A DNA stretch of 14,164 nucleotides from Candidatus Pacearchaeota archaeon (GTDB lineage Archaea; Nanobdellota; Nanobdellia; Pacearchaeales; GW2011-AR1). The notes below the pieces were generated by a model. The model was not told where the DNA came from, searched no databases, and saw only the letters and a list, made by a program, of their open reading frames with translations. Shown here one piece after another: positions 13,239-14,164 of the stretch. The stretch spans positions 1-14,164 of the forward strand of contig JASFEO010000021.1 in assembly GCA_050124795.1 (NCBI GenBank). Reading direction: 5' to 3'. The stretch's first letter is position 1. The number at the start of each line of letters is the position of its first letter. A program made the position numbers and the translations under genes.

Positions 13239-14164
13239 GAGGAGCATGATTAGAATAGGGATTTTGGGGAGCATTGCTGCAATGGGGTTTATTATTCTAT
13301 TTTTGGTTTCAACAAGTTTTGCATTTATTCAGGAAAAAGAATACTTTATTGGAGATGAAGCAAGGATTGATTTGAGTGAAGTCAGTAATTATATGTTAAA
13401 GATAGAAACCCCTACGAAGACTTTATTAAAAGAGGGAAGTAACGATGTTTTTATATTTCCTTTGGATGAAATTGGGGAGCATATTTTTATTTTGAAATCA
13501 GAAGATTATTCTGAAACACAAATTCTTAATGTTCTTGAAAAAGGGGGATCTGCTGAAAAACTTTCTGAAAAAAGTTTAAATAAATCCCATAAAATTTCTT
13601 CCGAAAAAATTAGTATTAGTAATGGGAATGATTCTTCTGAGGCTGAAGAAGGTTTTTTGCAGGAACAAATTGTTGTTGGGGAGTCAGTAAAACAAAAAAA
13701 GAAAATTTCGTTTAATGAAGCAGTTAATGAAGCTTTAATTGATGTTTTGTATCTTGGAGAAAATTTTAGTGTTAGTCAAGAGAATGAATCAAAAGATTTT
13801 GAAATACAAAATAATTTTGTAAATAAAATTGAATCTTTATTTGTTGAGAATGCAACAAAGCAGATTAAAATTGAAAATGCAAACGGAGAAGTCGAAATAA
13901 TTTATGAAACTCCTGCACCAGAAAAAATTGAAAAAGCCCTCGGAGAAAACAAAAAAGAAGTTGTTGTTAGTGCGGATGATTCATTGGGATATGAAAATGT
14001 TTTGGTTTCTACAAATTTATCCGGGCTAGTAAAAGATAAAAATAAAATCAAAATTTTCTGGAAAGAAGAAAACAAATATTTGGATTTTAATGTTAGTGAT
14101 TTTGATTTTGATGGTTTTATTGACGGAGTTTCCTGGATTGTTCCTCATTTGTCAGAGCAGACTT
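13231..14164 (+). CDS. N-terminal part (311 aa, 3'-partial) of a second secreted/membrane-tethered surface protein; not in ORF track
   Basis: Open from ATG 13231 to the window end: MNKRSMIRIGILGSIAAMGFIILFLVSTSFA (signal/anchor)...EIIYETPAP..KEVVVS..YENVL..IKIFWK..DFDFDGFIDGVSWIVPHLSEQT. I recall this motif series from N-termini of very large archaeal surface proteins (unverified). Confidence 0.85.
   Translation, partial: MNKRSMIRIGILGSIAAMGFIILFLVSTSFAFIQEKEYFIGDEARIDLSEVSNYMLKIETPTKTLLKEGSNDVFIFPLDEIGEHIFILKSEDYSETQILNVLEKGGSAEKLSEKSLNKSHKISSEKISISNGNDSSEAEEGFLQEQIVVGESVKQKKKISFNEAVNEALIDVLYLGENFSVSQENESKDFEIQNNFVNKIESLFVENATKQIKIENANGEVEIIYETPAPEKIEKALGENKKEVVVSADDSLGYENVLVSTNLSGLVKDKNKIKIFWKEENKYLDFNVSDFDFDGFIDGVSWIVPHLSEQT

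Noticed and set aside
1-14164. CRISPR array, tRNA/rRNA, IS or integrase
   Set aside because: No regular repeat-spacer pattern, no non-coding GC-rich structured segment (intergenic gaps under 100 bp) and no transposase/recombinase ORF seen.

Overview
AT-rich archaeal-looking window, most likely DPANN (Pacearchaeota/Woesearchaeota-like); this is inferred from TATA-box promoters about 23 nt from start codons, very dense N-x-S/T sequons and the protein families seen. It is dominated by a 5'-truncated giant surface protein (>3,480 aa, <3..10472). That protein has a LamG-like tail, about 25 Ig-like modules of four classes, one foreign domain nested inside an Ig module, two cassettes of four H-type-lectin-like repeats, an FN3 domain and an unanchored C-terminus. 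The gene carries an apparently 100% identical in-frame 547-bp internal duplication and a 7-module super-repeat, which point to ongoing module shuffling. It is translationally coupled to a secreted partner ending in a degenerate PGF-pre-PGF-like domain. On the minus strand are a truncated HydB/AsrA-type (sulfhydrogenase beta) fragment and a multi-pass membrane protein. The ORF track misses a divergent operon at the right end: a 57-aa ribbon-helix-helix protein whose start is covered by three GTGACT operator-like sites, overlapping a second, 3'-truncated secreted protein with DxDxDG and WIVPHLS motifs (possible HL/S autoproteolysis site). All domain calls come from reading motifs by eye; no searches were run.
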